Shown: one piece after another, positions 1 to 13,000 of the stretch
How the letters are laid out: each line of letters opens with the position of its first letter
How positions within the stretch are numbered: position 1 is the first letter of the stretch
Assembly (NCBI GenBank): GCA_030390025.1
Contig: CM059447.1
Span: 21,700,001-21,764,000 of the forward strand
Direction: 5' to 3'
Length of the DNA stretch: 64,000 nucleotides
Source of the DNA: Squalus acanthias
Lineage: Eukaryota
Notes under the pieces: generated by a model
The model's input: the letters and a program-made list of their open reading frames with translations, nothing else
The model's database searches: none
Told to the model about the DNA's origin: nothing
Position numbers and translations under genes: made by a program

Positions 1-3000
1 TGCAAATGTATTTACTTTTACGTTAAAGTGCAATTTTTTAAATTCTTTGTGAAAGACTTGTTTCCACATCCTAGATGATATCTCAAAAATGTTTATTTAG
101 TTTCCGTATTTTGTACTGTAAAATCTGTGTTAAAATGTTACTTATGAGCTCTGAGCTCAGCGTAATGATTGGTAAGCCAGTGTAATTTTATACTAGTATG
201 GTTAATGTTGGATACTATAGTAGCCCTTTGCTTCGGAGCTCCAGCAAGCAGCACTTAGTAGAAAGATGCAGGTTCAGTCCTGTAATTCCTACAGTGTGAG
301 TTCCCAATCTCAACCATGCTGCTGTTCAGAGACCAGACACTTCCCCATAGTAAGGGGCGGGGGACAATTTAGTCATCAAAACCACTGCCATACATATAAC
401 AGCTGGTTGAAGAGCAGAATTGCCAGAAGCCTTGGAGCAAGTCCTAAATCCATGAAAGAAAAATAAGTTGTAAAGAAAAAGTGGACTTTACATGGTGTAG
501 TTAAGAAACGGACTTGCACTTTTGGTCCTGTTATACTGCTCTCTGGTGGTATAATTTGGCTTTAATGTTTGAATCTGTGCAGTCAGCTGCATGGCAGGAA
601 TCTTAGTTGGATGGTTATTTTTGTGGACAGAAGCTTTGGTACTAGACATGGGCAAATGATTTATTCACAAAAGTTGGAAGCAGCACATGCTGGGCAGAAA
701 AGTTTTGGATGTGGTTTACAATATGGGAAGATGGGATTGGTAGACTAAACAAGGACATAAAATGCCGGGGAGGTATTGTGTCCATCCTCCGCTCATCCTG
801 GCATAAAATTGAACGGCATTTTTAAACTGTAATCTCTTTGACATGCACAGACCAGCATAAATATAATGCGTTGATATATATTGGAAGTTGTAATTTGCTG
901 GGGGGGGTTTTGGCGCCAACTTAACTGAAACACACTTATAATCATGTGATTGTACATTCAGTGTGGCGAGTGTTGATGTGCCATTAACTTGTATTAAATA
1001 TTTACTTTGCAGCTAACATGGGTTTAGATATTTGTGTGACTCCACGTGAATACAATTACACTTCATAACAAAATTGAGTTTTCTTGCAGGGTTACACATT
1101 CAGGTTCATCAAATCCGTGGATTATTAACCAGAGATCAACCTGTGTCAGGGATGTTAATCTCTTACTTTAAGAAACACAATACCGAAGATTTCAAAGAAT
1201 TCTTTCAAATGTTAAAATGATCCATCGAGAAACAAAAATGTGAAGACAAGGTCTCAGAAAAGACCCTGAAGTGCATCCTTTTGAATGATTCACACTCATG
1301 ATCCTCCAAATGGTGAATTATTAATATAATAGTGTTATCATGGAGCAGAGTTAAGTGAAGACCAAAGGCTTCCTCGCAGAGAATGAGAAAACAAAAAAAA
1401 TGTCACCAAGGGCCCTTCAGGCACAACTTCTGGTCTGTTATGGCGAAGCTTGGGCAGAGCCCAAGGAACATGGTTGGCTATAGATCCTTGCTGTGACATG
1501 GGGGTATTTAAGAAGGGAAGAGAAGAAAAATGCCTCTTAAAAATTAATTAATTAAAATGCCTGAAACTTTCTGATATTTTCAAATTGATTCAGCATAGTT
1601 TGCTCTAAGAGCTTTGACACATTTGTTGTGCCCTAAAAATGCTTGGTTGGTACTGCCTATACCTACCCATGTAAATGTTCTGCTCAAGTGGAGCCCAAGG
1701 AATATAATATAAGGAGTGTCAATTTTGGGTTATGCAAAGGCTAACTGTAAATAGAGATAATTAAATAATTACGGTTATTGCACTTTAACGAGGTGCAAAT
1801 GGCTTATTGAATTGCCTGAAATAGCCGACCCGCTGAACACGTTGTAAGCGGCGTCTTTCTAATTGGCGGCAAGTAGTTATGGGAAACTGCGTGCTTCGTG
1901 ACGTTCTGTCCAACTCCGATTCAGTATTCAGTTGACTTGAAATAAGAGGATATTTTAGTTTTTAGTTTCTTACTCTGTGAATACATTTTTATTTAAACTA
2001 CATTATTTGTTTTCTGTTGGTAACAAGACTACATTTATTTTAAATAACAACAGAAAATGCTGAAAACACTCAGCAGGCCAGGGTATTGTACTTTTATTTT
2101 AATGTGTGTTGTAAAATGGAGCCCACTTCAGTTTTTGATCTTTTCTAATGAGCTGTTGTCTATTGTTTGGCATAGAATAAAAGATAGAGTGGGAAGGTGT
2201 TAGAAGCCATGAAGGCTTTCAACTATATTGGTGAACTAACCCTATAAAGTTGTTAGAACCCTACACTGGCGGTACAATTTTTTATTTGATGTAACATAGA
2301 CCTGAATGACTGTTTCTGGTGATGTAAGTGGGCGTGCTGTGTGTTGAGCGCACCATTATGTGTCAGTGGGCAGATTTACTTGTTTCGCTGGTCAATGTGA
2401 CATTTCGTATCAAAGAGAATATTTTAGAGGGAGTTTTGCACGATACAAATTATAAAACAACAGTACAATGCAAGCTTTGGTACCTGAGAAGGATTTATGC
2501 TGTGGTTCAATCTTTGACTGTAAACTTAACTTCTGGACTTCATGCTGTTGCCAGAACCTCCTTGAAAAACAGCCATACATCTTTGTCAAGTCTTAATTAT
2601 TTATAATTTTTATAGCAGGGAACCTAAGCGTAAATTGACGAGTAAAAATAGTAGGAAAGGTTTGTATGGCAGTAAAAAAAAAAATTACAAAACTACTCCA
2701 CAGACTTTGAGGGTTGCTGTGGAAATAAGCATTACCAGGGAAGAGTTGGAAGGAGCTAGACTGAATAGAAATGGTTTGGAGGAACTAGAGAGAAGCTAAA
2801 ATGTAATAAAAAGTTGACATTTTACTGTTGGGTGTAATCAGTTGTGGTAATTGACTGGAGGACAGCCTTGACTTCATGCCTGGTGCTGGAGTTTTCTCAA
2901 GCAGATTACAGAATTCTATCCCTCGAGTGTGTAAAATAAAGAATAATAGATGGTTGGTATGCATTATGTGGAGAATAAATATTGAGTGGGCTTTAGCCTG

Positions 3001-4344
3001 TTTGTGAAGTTCAATGACATCATAAACTGAGAGAAGAAAACATTACTCCCAACCAGCAGTATTTTAGCTGGTATTTCCCATCCCTTTCCTGGACTTGGGT
3101 TTCCCCGCACAAAGCACCTTTGCTAACTGAGGGTTGGCAGATGAGCTGTTCCTAGGTCTCGACCAATTCATTCTGAAATCACTGTGAGGGACAACGCAAG
3201 GGCAGCATGTGTAACGAGCATTGTACTAGTGATGTGGCTACATAGGAGAAGGCGGTTTGTATTGGAGAATAATGACATTGGAGGATAACAAAATATAGGA
3301 AAAAATAGTGTATGTTCTAGCAGCCAATCCTTTATAAAATAGTGACTCCATACGCCGTACACATAGTTATGCTCAAAATAGTGTTACAAACCAGTCCACC
3401 CTTGCTTTACACCGTACCGCTAAAGTGCCTCATCTGTTGTCGTCCTGTTGCTGGTTTGATCCACCAACAGTAGCTCTTTGTTTGCTGGGCATACGGCATG
3501 GGTGAGCTGTAATTCAATTGTTCTCCCTCATTGAACCCTTACTCCCATTGATAACCTATACAGCTTGTACTTTCAATGCCAGTGCTATTTGTTTTCTGCA
3601 GATTTTGTCCCTCTTTGCTGTTTTGCTTATCAGCAGACTGGCTGTGGGTCACAAAATAACCAAACCGGGGTGTAAAAGACAGTCCCTCCAGTCACCTTTA
3701 TGTTTAGGGTAGCCATTCTCGCACATTCACTCTCTGTTTGTGTGCAGCCAACCCATTGCTTCCACCATTGTCTTCCATCTTTTCAGTATGCAAGTTTATT
3801 TAGAAAGACCAGGTGTGCCTTTATTTTCATCTGCTTTTTTTTTGTCTTTTTCAGAGGAATGACAAGTTTGTGTAACATTTAGATTTTTGCCTGCATGTTT
3901 GAACGCCTGCCTTTTAAATACTTAAAACAGCCACCCCTTTGCCAGCACCTTTTTTGTAGTTTTGCACAGATGTAAGTGCAGTCACTTCATAGACGTGCAT
4001 ATTGGTTCACCTTTTGTAAAAATAGAAATCAGGCAAATGTGAAACATTTTGTGGCGATCTTGTGAACTGTAATTTGGCTCTTCATTTTCGCTCTCCATTT
4101 TTGTTTAAATTCCCAGGAGGTTTTCATATTTTGAAAAACTCCTGCTGGAAGTTGAGGGGGGTGGGAGAGGGGAATGAGCATTATATTTTCTAGGAGAGAA
4201 TTGGGGAGAAAATTCTGCAAAACCTTTGCACATTTATTTATTTTGTCTATTTTTATTGGCTATGTAGCATTTTCATTTTTTTCTAGTTTTTTTTTCCTTT
4301 GTTGTATCAATATTTTTATATGTGGTGGTGGTGGAAGCGGTGAC

Positions 4345-4523
4345 ACTCAATGTTTTCAAGGGGAGACTGGATAGGCACATGAGGGAAATAAACTTGCAGG
4401 GCTACGGGGATAGAGCGGGGGAATGGGACTGACTGGAAATGCTCTACACAGAGCTGGCACGGACTTGATGGGCCGAATGGCCTCCTTCTGTGCCATTATA
4501 ACTTTATGACTCTATGACTCTAT
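4345..4523 (+). mobile_element. CR1 LINE 3' end fragment
   Basis: gatgggccgaatggcctccttctgtgc 3' motif followed by an (ACTCTATG)n tail. Similar to 22690-22848. Confidence 0.85.
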
Positions 4524-5884
4524 GTTTGATAGTGTAGAGAGGGGCAAGAGAAGACTATACAGACCATAGCAGACACTATCTCCGTATCTAACTGAGAGGC
4601 ACGCAGAATCAAATCCAACAGATTCTTTTTCCCCATTGATATTTTATAAAGTTTGTACTTTCAATGCCACTGTGGTTTGTTTCCTACATGTTTCCCTCTT
4701 TGGCATTCTTATTCATCTGTGGGTTAACTGTGGATCACAAAGTAGCCAAACCGAGGCATGAAAGAACAGTTGATCCCTTCACTTTGTGTCTCGGGTAGCC
4801 ATTCTTGCATTGTGTCTCCGTTTTATGGACAGCATTGCTGACTCCCTCACATGAAGAAGACATGTTCTTCAAAGAAGGTATCATGATGGTGGCCTACCAA
4901 CAGCTGATTGCAATGACTGCAGTTTGCTTTTGATGCTTCCCCTGTCCTCACGGGGGTTTTTAAAATACATTTAGTCACATATAAATGTACATTTCTGTTG
5001 ATGTATATCAATTCTCCTTGAATTTTAGACTTTTGTTCTTTTTAGTGACACTCTAAAGATTCACGTCACAAAATTCTGTAAAGATAATTTGCTTATGAAG
5101 CGTATTCCCTACATGCAAAATATTATAACTTGAGCGACAATATTTATAAATGTCTCAAAATCCTAAAATATGTTTACACAATTCCAGAACAATAGTAAAT
5201 AGAAATCTTTGCATAAATAATGGTTGAATGACATAGTAGATATTTAACACAAACAGACAAAGATGTAATTAATTCTTCCCGGTTTATAGTGCAAGTATAT
5301 CTGCAAATGACATCATTGTATGGTTTGTTGCTCTCAGTCTTACAATGTTCATTTTGCACAACTTGAAAATATCTAATTTGATTGCTTTGCCCCGTTACCC
5401 AAATTTATTATGTTTATGACAGACTGTCAAGAGGGAGTCACTGAAAAGAACAAAAGTTATAAATTGGAGGTTATTGTGACTGGAGTTTGAACATGTCGAA
5501 GGAAACAATTTATTGTATAATGGAAACCATCTTTTTAGTTGCTATCATTAATGTTCCTGGTATGAAATAGTTGGCTTTAAAGTGTATTTACAACTTAGTT
5601 TGAGTTTCTAAGTCAATTTGTGTAGTCTTTTAGTCAAAGGCTTGTTATATGCTTTTATGTAAAATTGGAAATTGGTTTACAGATTACAACAACCAGCACA
5701 ATGAACTCATCCAATTGTTTTACGAGCCCTTTTTTAACAGCCATTAAGGGATGATAATTACTGTGGGGTGCAGCCACTTTCCTTTTGTTTGCATTAAGTG
5801 TTGATGCTTTTTTAATTGTAAAATGATATTTTCTGTTGAATATGTGTAGTCATTGTAAATGAGTGATATTTTCTTTTATTGTAG

Positions 5885-5952
5885 GCATGCTGGTGGTTAT
5901 TGTATTGCTGCTGATTGCCATTGTTGTGGTTGCTGTCTGGCCAACAAGCTAA
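5885..5952 (+). CDS. STX8: Syntaxin-8 terminal coding exon (C-terminal transmembrane anchor), (G)MLVVIVLLLIAIVVVAVWPTS*
   Basis: Acceptor ttttcttttattgtag ends at 5884, then GC ATG CTG GTG...TGG CCA ACA AGC TAA. The peptide matches the vertebrate STX8 C-terminus as I recall it (GMIMVILLLLVAIVVVAVWPTN). It lies convergent with NTN1, as in human. Too short for the ORF track. Confidence 0.93.
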
Positions 5953-6477
5953 TGAGGCAACTCTAGCACAAAACCACTCTCTTCGGTGAATATGGACTGG
6001 ATGCTAAAACTGAAAAGTGAGCAACACGTTCTTCCTGAGATCGCTGGGACAAGATTCAAATAAGTATCCCTAATCAAGCAATAGAATATGTTTTAATGTG
6101 TTTGATATGCTATTCTGCTATTATCTAGTACTCGTGAAAAACTGGATTAATCAAGGCCAAAACAAAACTCATTTATTTCATTTCTTTTCTTACAGTAAGA
6201 TTTCCATTTCTGATTTAATTTTCTGCCTTAAATTCAGAAATGATGATTGTAACTCCTGAGTGGCTGGGGTAATGCAGTATCTAAGGGCTGTAACTAATGG
6301 CTTCTATTTATCTTACAGTTTTGGAGCATTTGCCTCTCAAAGTTCCTCAATCTGCATGTATATATGGTTTTTCTCTTTACAAAGATTTAGGAACACTTCA
6401 AATGTCAGTACTTTACACTTTGTTTCCCTTGCCGAAACTAAACCATTGTATTTACATTAAATGCTGAGAAATATTTA

Positions 6478-6488
6478 AATAAAATAAA
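6478..6488 (+). promoter_or_regulatory. Candidate STX8 polyadenylation signal (two overlapping AATAAA)
   Basis: AATAAAATAAA about 525 nt after the STX8 stop, with T/GT-rich sequence downstream. An alternative AATAAA lies at 6985-6990. Confidence 0.55.
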
Positions 6489-9304
6489 TTACATTTTAAA
6501 CATGTTCTAAACAATGAGCTAATAGCATGCTTAAAGCTGTTTTACATTGTTTTGTTACTTTGTTCTCCCATTCTGTTTGCGGTATTTCTGATTATAATTT
6601 TATTCTTGTTTAAATGAGCTGGACGTGATCATTTAAAATGCTCAAACTATCTTGTTAACTAAGGCAGTTTCTACTCACTCACACGATTACTCTGCTTTCC
6701 CAGGGAAAATGCTTTTCTCAGTGCTTGCGGGGTCAGTGAAGGGGCTCTCGGTAGGGCACAGGGAGTGTGTGCTATCTCACTGCCTGTAAACAGTGTTACT
6801 GTTCACACGCCTTCATGAAATTGAAACTTGGAACAAATTGCTTTCAGTGTGGAAATTCCAATCTAACAGAACAGTAATTACAAACCAATTCCCTACAATT
6901 TGGTGCCGTTATGTACTTCACTTACATTGTTAGGTATTCAATTTTTATAAGCATTTAGTAAAAGTATTCAAAATATGGTATATAAATAAATATTTTCCAA
7001 CTCTTTTTTACACTGTGTCTTTTATGTGAAGTTGCTAAACTTTCTTTGTCATAATATGCAAATTCAAAATTTGCAGAACACCAGTTTTAACTCAGGTTAA
7101 AATTCTCATTTTGTGTGCATTGTAAAAGACAGAAGTTTATCACTGTGTTGCTAAAGATACTGGGACCACCCATTTATCTGTCTGTAGTTTGTCCTTAGGT
7201 TCTGGCTAGGATGCATTATTTTGTCAAAATTCTACATAACTCCCTCTCTTCAAAGCTAACCCGGACAGTGTTCAAAATGCTTGAAGGATAAAGCAAACTA
7301 AAAAAAACTAGTTTTCCCGGTTTTCGAGGTTACAGTCTTGCACCGAGAATGTAAGGTGGTCTCAGAAATGTGGCCCATCTGTTTACCTATTTAACTGCTT
7401 TCAAGAAAAAAATAACAGAAGAGCAACTAACCTCTGTGGACTGATTGAGACTCTGCGCCCAGCACATACACCTCTGATCTGGGCTTTTTAAAATGAAAGG
7501 GGGAAAAAACTTCCTTGCTAAATACAATGAGACAGCAACAATGGTTGGTCTATCATCGAGTAAATTTTAAATAAGGACAAGGCAGCTTGATTAAATCAGT
7601 TCAATTATACCACTTGGCCTCAGTCACAGCAAATCCACGTGGTTAATTTTAATTTGCTTGTTGGCTTTTCTATTGTTATATTACAGATGCAAATGTATTT
7701 ATTTACAGGAGTTGCATAAAACCAACATTAAGTTAGTTCAGTCATAAAAAGGAAACTGAATCATTGTATTTTCCTTTCTCCTGCTGCGCCAACCTTGCCA
7801 CCATCACTAAACTGGGGTCACTATTTGACCATTCTTCATGTTGGAACATTTTGAGGAATTTCTCTAGATGGTGAATAGTTTAGTGGTTACATGGGTGGCT
7901 TTTTAAGCATGTGTAAGAGCTCTTGTCCGCTGGTATTAGGTGGGAAGCATGCATCTGTTAAATCATTTGAGATCTATTAGAAGTTTAACTGAAAATATTG
8001 TGCACACACTTAAAACTATTTTCCTGCCCATTATCATATTGAAACTTTCTCAAAATGGAGTATCTAAAATAACCTGCTGTTGTTTTAGATACTCCAAAAA
8101 TGGACTTTTTAAAAATAAACATTTTGTCTGTTTTATGGCAATTGCCCTCTTTTGTGAGGCTAAATGATATCATCACCAAACAATTCCTGAAAATTAATTT
8201 TCATTGTTACTATATCATATATGAGGCCACCAGAGAGCAGCTCATGCACCAGTGACTAATTGTGATGCCTCTTTTTCCAGGCCTAACTCCCAAAACAACA
8301 TATTGGGATGTAATAGCACAAACAGCATTATTGCTTTATTAAGTGATAGCCTGTGAAAATTAGGTGACGCCCTGTAAAACTAAAGAATACAATGTAAATG
8401 GGATACTTTAACAAATAAATTGTATTAGTTAATTAGAGCTGTCGTGGACAGTAATTTAGGTGACGTAGTATAAAATGCCACAACTGATTTTTTTTTGTAT
8501 AGAACCTGCCCAATATCTTCTATTAAGTTTTTGACAAAACGCTACCATCCCTACATGGGAATGAGTTCCAACCCAAACTATTTAATCTACTATTTTCCAC
8601 CTTTTTTAAATGTTTTTGAGAACATGATGTAAATTGAGAAGAACAGTTAAAATCTTACATATTTTACCAAGATGTAGTCAGTTGAATCACCAAACCTAAT
8701 GAACTCAGTGGTTTTACCCAAAACAAACCAAAGGAACAAATTGTACCAAGTCAGATTATACACTCAATATATTCCCTTTTTGCCCCCTTGGTTGCATTTC
8801 TAAAGGTAGTTTGATCACATGGTGAAATGGTAACAGATATTTGCACGTTATCATGTGAAGCTGAATAGACCGTGACTGCAACAGTGAAAAGAAGTGACAA
8901 TTGATCGTCCACTGTTTTCAAATTTTATTCCTTGACTAATTTTATTGGAAGTTGGGCACTGCCAGGAAACTGAGAGTTTTTTTTTTAATTGCACCCGTCT
9001 AATTTTCTTCCCGCTAAATGATCTTTTCCTGAAGGCAACAACTCATGCTAGGATTCCATGGACAATGGTGGCTCTCCAGTACCTTGGCCAAATAGCGATT
9101 GTTCATGTATAAGGCTGGGCACCCATGTTTGGGGGGGAGAATAGTTGTGGTCTGATGTCACGACACAAAGCAAACAAAGAAATTCTTCCCCAAATGTTAT
9201 TGGGGCTATTCGATCATGTGGATCGTAACGGCCCGATCTGGCCCACGCATATGCCTTTCCAGCAGGCGTCACTGGATATCAACGATAAACAATAACACCA
9301 CCAC

Positions 9305-9528
9305 CAAGAACCTCCATTTGTATCGAGCCTTTAATGTGGAAAACATCCCGAAGTATTTCACAGAAGCGTAAAGACAAAACGGACGCTAAGCCAAAGGAGG
9401 AGATATTCGGAAGGGGTGACCTAAACCTTAGTCAAAGAGGCAGGTTTTAAGGAGGGTCTTAAAGGAGGAGAGGGAGCTGGAGGGGTTTAGGGAGGGAATT
9501 GCAGAGTGTGAAACCTAGGCAGTTGAAA
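9305..9528 (-). mobile_element. L2 LINE 3' end fragment
   Basis: Aligns by eye to the L2 copy at 60241-60490 (gtcaaagagg.aggttttaaggag...cttaaaggagga). Confidence 0.75.
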
Positions 9529-10673
9529 ATACCAAAATATATCACAAATAGTAACGTCAACTGTACAATTACATATGTGTTATATATTCTGTAAAGTAAT
9601 AGATACTGCAGGGTTCATTGAAGACTATAATGGAATTTAAGGATTCAAGTGACATTTTATAAGCCATTCAAACTTTACTTTAGAATCTTGTAATTTTTCC
9701 CAAATTTCTTCCCTATTTACTCCTTACCTTTCATTACAGGCACTGACCTTTGGGTGGGGTATTGTGCCCGCAACCCCCGGAATCTCAATTGGCTATTCTT
9801 AACTTGTGAACTCGACATGGTCAGTGGGCTATTTGGTTGTGGAGGACCCTGGGAATGGTGAGGACCAGTTTCCGCAGCTGAAAACAACTAACTCAACTCA
9901 GACCAGGAATTGAACCAAAAAGCTTTCTGGTTTGCGCGGCCTGTTAATGTACCAAGTGGTAGCAGCTTTATTCATGTACAGCCTTTTAACTTACTCCCAG
10001 TCATCTATTAATCTACATGCGTCCCATGTCCTGTCATTGGCAAATGCCAATACTATATATCTGGATTTAAATGCAATAAACATAGGCCAAACCTCCTATG
10101 AATGTCTGCCATAGACATCTTTGTATTTCTGAGCAGAATGGATAGCGTCCATTCTAAGCAAAAAAAAAATGCTTCCAGTTAATATTTATTTCTAACAGTA
10201 GTTAAGATTAATTAAATTTTATATCACAATTTGACCCACGTAACATTTCTGTAAATTTACTGCTCAATGCTTCATCTGAATTTCATGAAAGGAAAAAATC
10301 TGAAAATTCTGGCTAATACTGTCTGTGTTATGAAGAATAATACTTGCATGGGGACTGTGTTACAAGACAACAACACATCCCTGGGTTCAGACAGTTATTC
10401 ATGAATTACTCAAGCTGCACTTTTGTGTTTGATGTCATTTGAACCTGTTCACGTATCGCTGCTTTTTAACGCACTCTGGAGTATCAGTTGTCGTATGAAC
10501 ATAGCACAGCGAGAATTTTAATCTGTCAAAGGACCTAGATTGTGCAGCCTGGTCCTGTTCCTCACAGGATTCCATTTCTTTTGCTTTTTCAGTGCGGTTT
10601 GTGTCTTTTGTATGTGCAAAATTGACATTGAGAATAATCCACAGCAAGTACTATGTGGTATTGTTTACAAGAC

Positions 10674-10679
10674 TTTATT
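10674..10679 (-). promoter_or_regulatory. Candidate NTN1 polyadenylation signal (implies ~2-kb 3' UTR)
   Basis: TTTATT on + (AATAAA on -). I recognise no repeats in ~10200-12671. Other candidates lie at 11777-11782, 11827-11832 and 10185-10190. Confidence 0.4.
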
Positions 10680-12671
10680 CAACTGAATTCTGGATTTAAT
10701 TCTATCAAGTGTGGGTGTTCAGCAGTTATAGTACATGTTCACATCTGGTTCAATTACAGCCATCTAACAACCAAAAAAATCCACAAATTTTTATGTGTAA
10801 TTAAATATATTCATATATAATAATGATAATATATTAGTATGCATTGTAGGAAAACATTGCAAACTATGCAATGACCATAACTAAACAACATTTACAGTTC
10901 AACTTATTAACAGGTAAAAGCAGAGCCCGACAGGTCTGTGTAACAGGGGAAAGAGTCATAATAAAGTCTAAGTTAGCTGGAGTATGGCTGAACTGATATA
11001 AAAGTCTTTATCCAGAACTACATTACATCAATATAAACACACTTCCAATTATTGTCAGTCTTATAGTCTTCATACGCTAACTGTAACCGAGGTACCTTGA
11101 GGATGTTTACCCTGTTACAAAACTCATTCATTTCTTTAGTACCTCTTATTTTTAGACTAAGAAATCAACTTTATGCCGTGTCTTAAAAGTGGTAATATGT
11201 ACTGGTTTAATGTTAGTTTTTTTCTACACTTTATATTTTTTAGTCTGCTGTTGTGATCGATTAGAGAATGAGCTGCACGCACTTGTAAACAGGGTCACAG
11301 CGAAGGCAAGGGTCATTTGTGCGACCTGAGTTGGTTGCTTGATGGAGATACTGATCAGCAAGGTTGAGATGTCACCTTGCCCCAGTGGAACTGAAATTGG
11401 TCACTGGAACAAGCAGTAAATCATTGCCTGTAATCATCGACACAGTTACACAGAGATGTAGGTGTGAAGTTTACTGTGTAGGTGATGGATCTGAACCAAC
11501 GGGCCTGTCGGGTGTAGGAAGAGGAATCGGGTACATCCTCTAGTCGTAGTTGTATCAAAAAAAATGTTATATTTCCAGTCGAGAGTACTTTCAAATCTAT
11601 CCATGGCTTTTAACGAAGTACTATCTATACAAATAGAAACTTTAATGATTTTGACTATATGTTAAGGTTTTTGAAGAGGGATACAAGAACCAAGTGTCGG
11701 TGAATTTACTTCATTTTGTTCTTGTGCAGCGATTCTGCGAACCTGTAACAGAATTCATTTGAAAAGAAAATATAGCTTTATTTCAGTAATTTTATACTGA
11801 AAGGGTTTTTTTTTTCTATTTAAAATTTTATTTTTTTTAGCATTAATTTGATTTGAGGCTGTTTTGCTGCCAGTCTTTTTGCAGGTCATGAGTGGATTCA
11901 ATTTATCACGATTCATCTGTAAAATAGGTGCACCACAAGCTTGGAGAATTTATCAGAGGGGCATAATGCTTTAATCTTGGGAGCAGAATGTTGTAGCATG
12001 TACAGTAAGCAGAACAATCAACAGCCTAGAATTGAGAAAACACCAGCAAACTTAACACGTGTGAGATGAATGTCGGTATGAAGTGAAAGGAAACAAGGTG
12101 TTGCTATGGCACTTTGAAGGTTTTTTGAGATTTTTTCCACCGTCTCTGAAAATATTGTAGTGAGGAATATAATGTCCACAATGATTGCCAAAGGCTGCAG
12201 TTCTTGGCAGATCTGTTTACAATGTAACACTGAATACTGTGCCGAATGTAAACTGGGCTGGGGAAGAAGAGCGGAACTGAAACATTTTTAGGTTAACTAC
12301 ACAGCTAAAAAGTTAACGGCTTAAGTCGGAATCATACCAGTCTTGGCATGACTCCCAGCAATTGTCCACTATCAACAGTTTGTGATGGTGTGCCCCTTTA
12401 ACAAAAATCACACTGCTTTATGCAGAGAAGAGCAACTGTGAAAGGATTTTGGTTGTGAAACAAATGTCCTTCATTTCAGAACATTTGGAGCTGTTATGTA
12501 AAGAGTAGTCCATCTTTTTTTGTATTCTTGTTTATTTTTGAATTTGAAATCAGCATTAGGTGCAAACTTGGCAATTCCAAAATCCCAAACTGCTAGATGA
12601 GTTCCTTCACAAGTTCCTAATTTTATCCTAACATCGGTAGCCTGCTCACAGTCAAGCAGCACAGTCTCTCT

Positions 12672-13000
12672 TTATGCCTTCTTGCACTTGCCTTTCTTCT
12701 CCCTCTGTTGGAACTTTCGCAGCCTCCTTGCCCACGTGTCCCTCCATTGTATCACCAAACTGGTTTTGTTTGCTACAACCCCATTCTGGTCAGGAGAGTC
12801 CTCGTCGTTCCCTAAGAGCAGGTACTTCTTCCCCGTTTTGACTTTTGGGCATTTGCAGGCTACATCCTTTGAGCGGACCCACAGGAATTGGTCGCCACGC
12901 CGTATCCGTTTTACCCCTTGTTTGTACACCGAGATGATATTCACTGTAAACTTCCACCATTCACCAGCCTTCTCTGCCTTCAAGATGTGGGCTTGAACAG
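12672..13000 (-). CDS. NTN1: Netrin-1 terminal coding exon (NTR/C345C domain), (A)[28 protein letters not shown]...RRGDQ...[12 protein letters not shown]
   Basis: Minus-strand acceptor gttattgcag|CTGTTCAAGCC. 329 nt, phase 1, ending in TAA. Closely matches the netrin-1 C-terminus, including the RGD motif (12891-12899) and basic tail. Confidence 0.97.

Noticed and set aside
1-5884. Additional STX8 exons (SNARE motif)
   Set aside because: No SNARE-like peptide with splice sites was seen; the preceding exon is presumably upstream of the window.
12682-12996. 104-aa ORF antisense to the last NTN1 exon (also 38783-38971 and 56667-56861)
   Set aside because: Shadow frames of real exons with no independent protein features.
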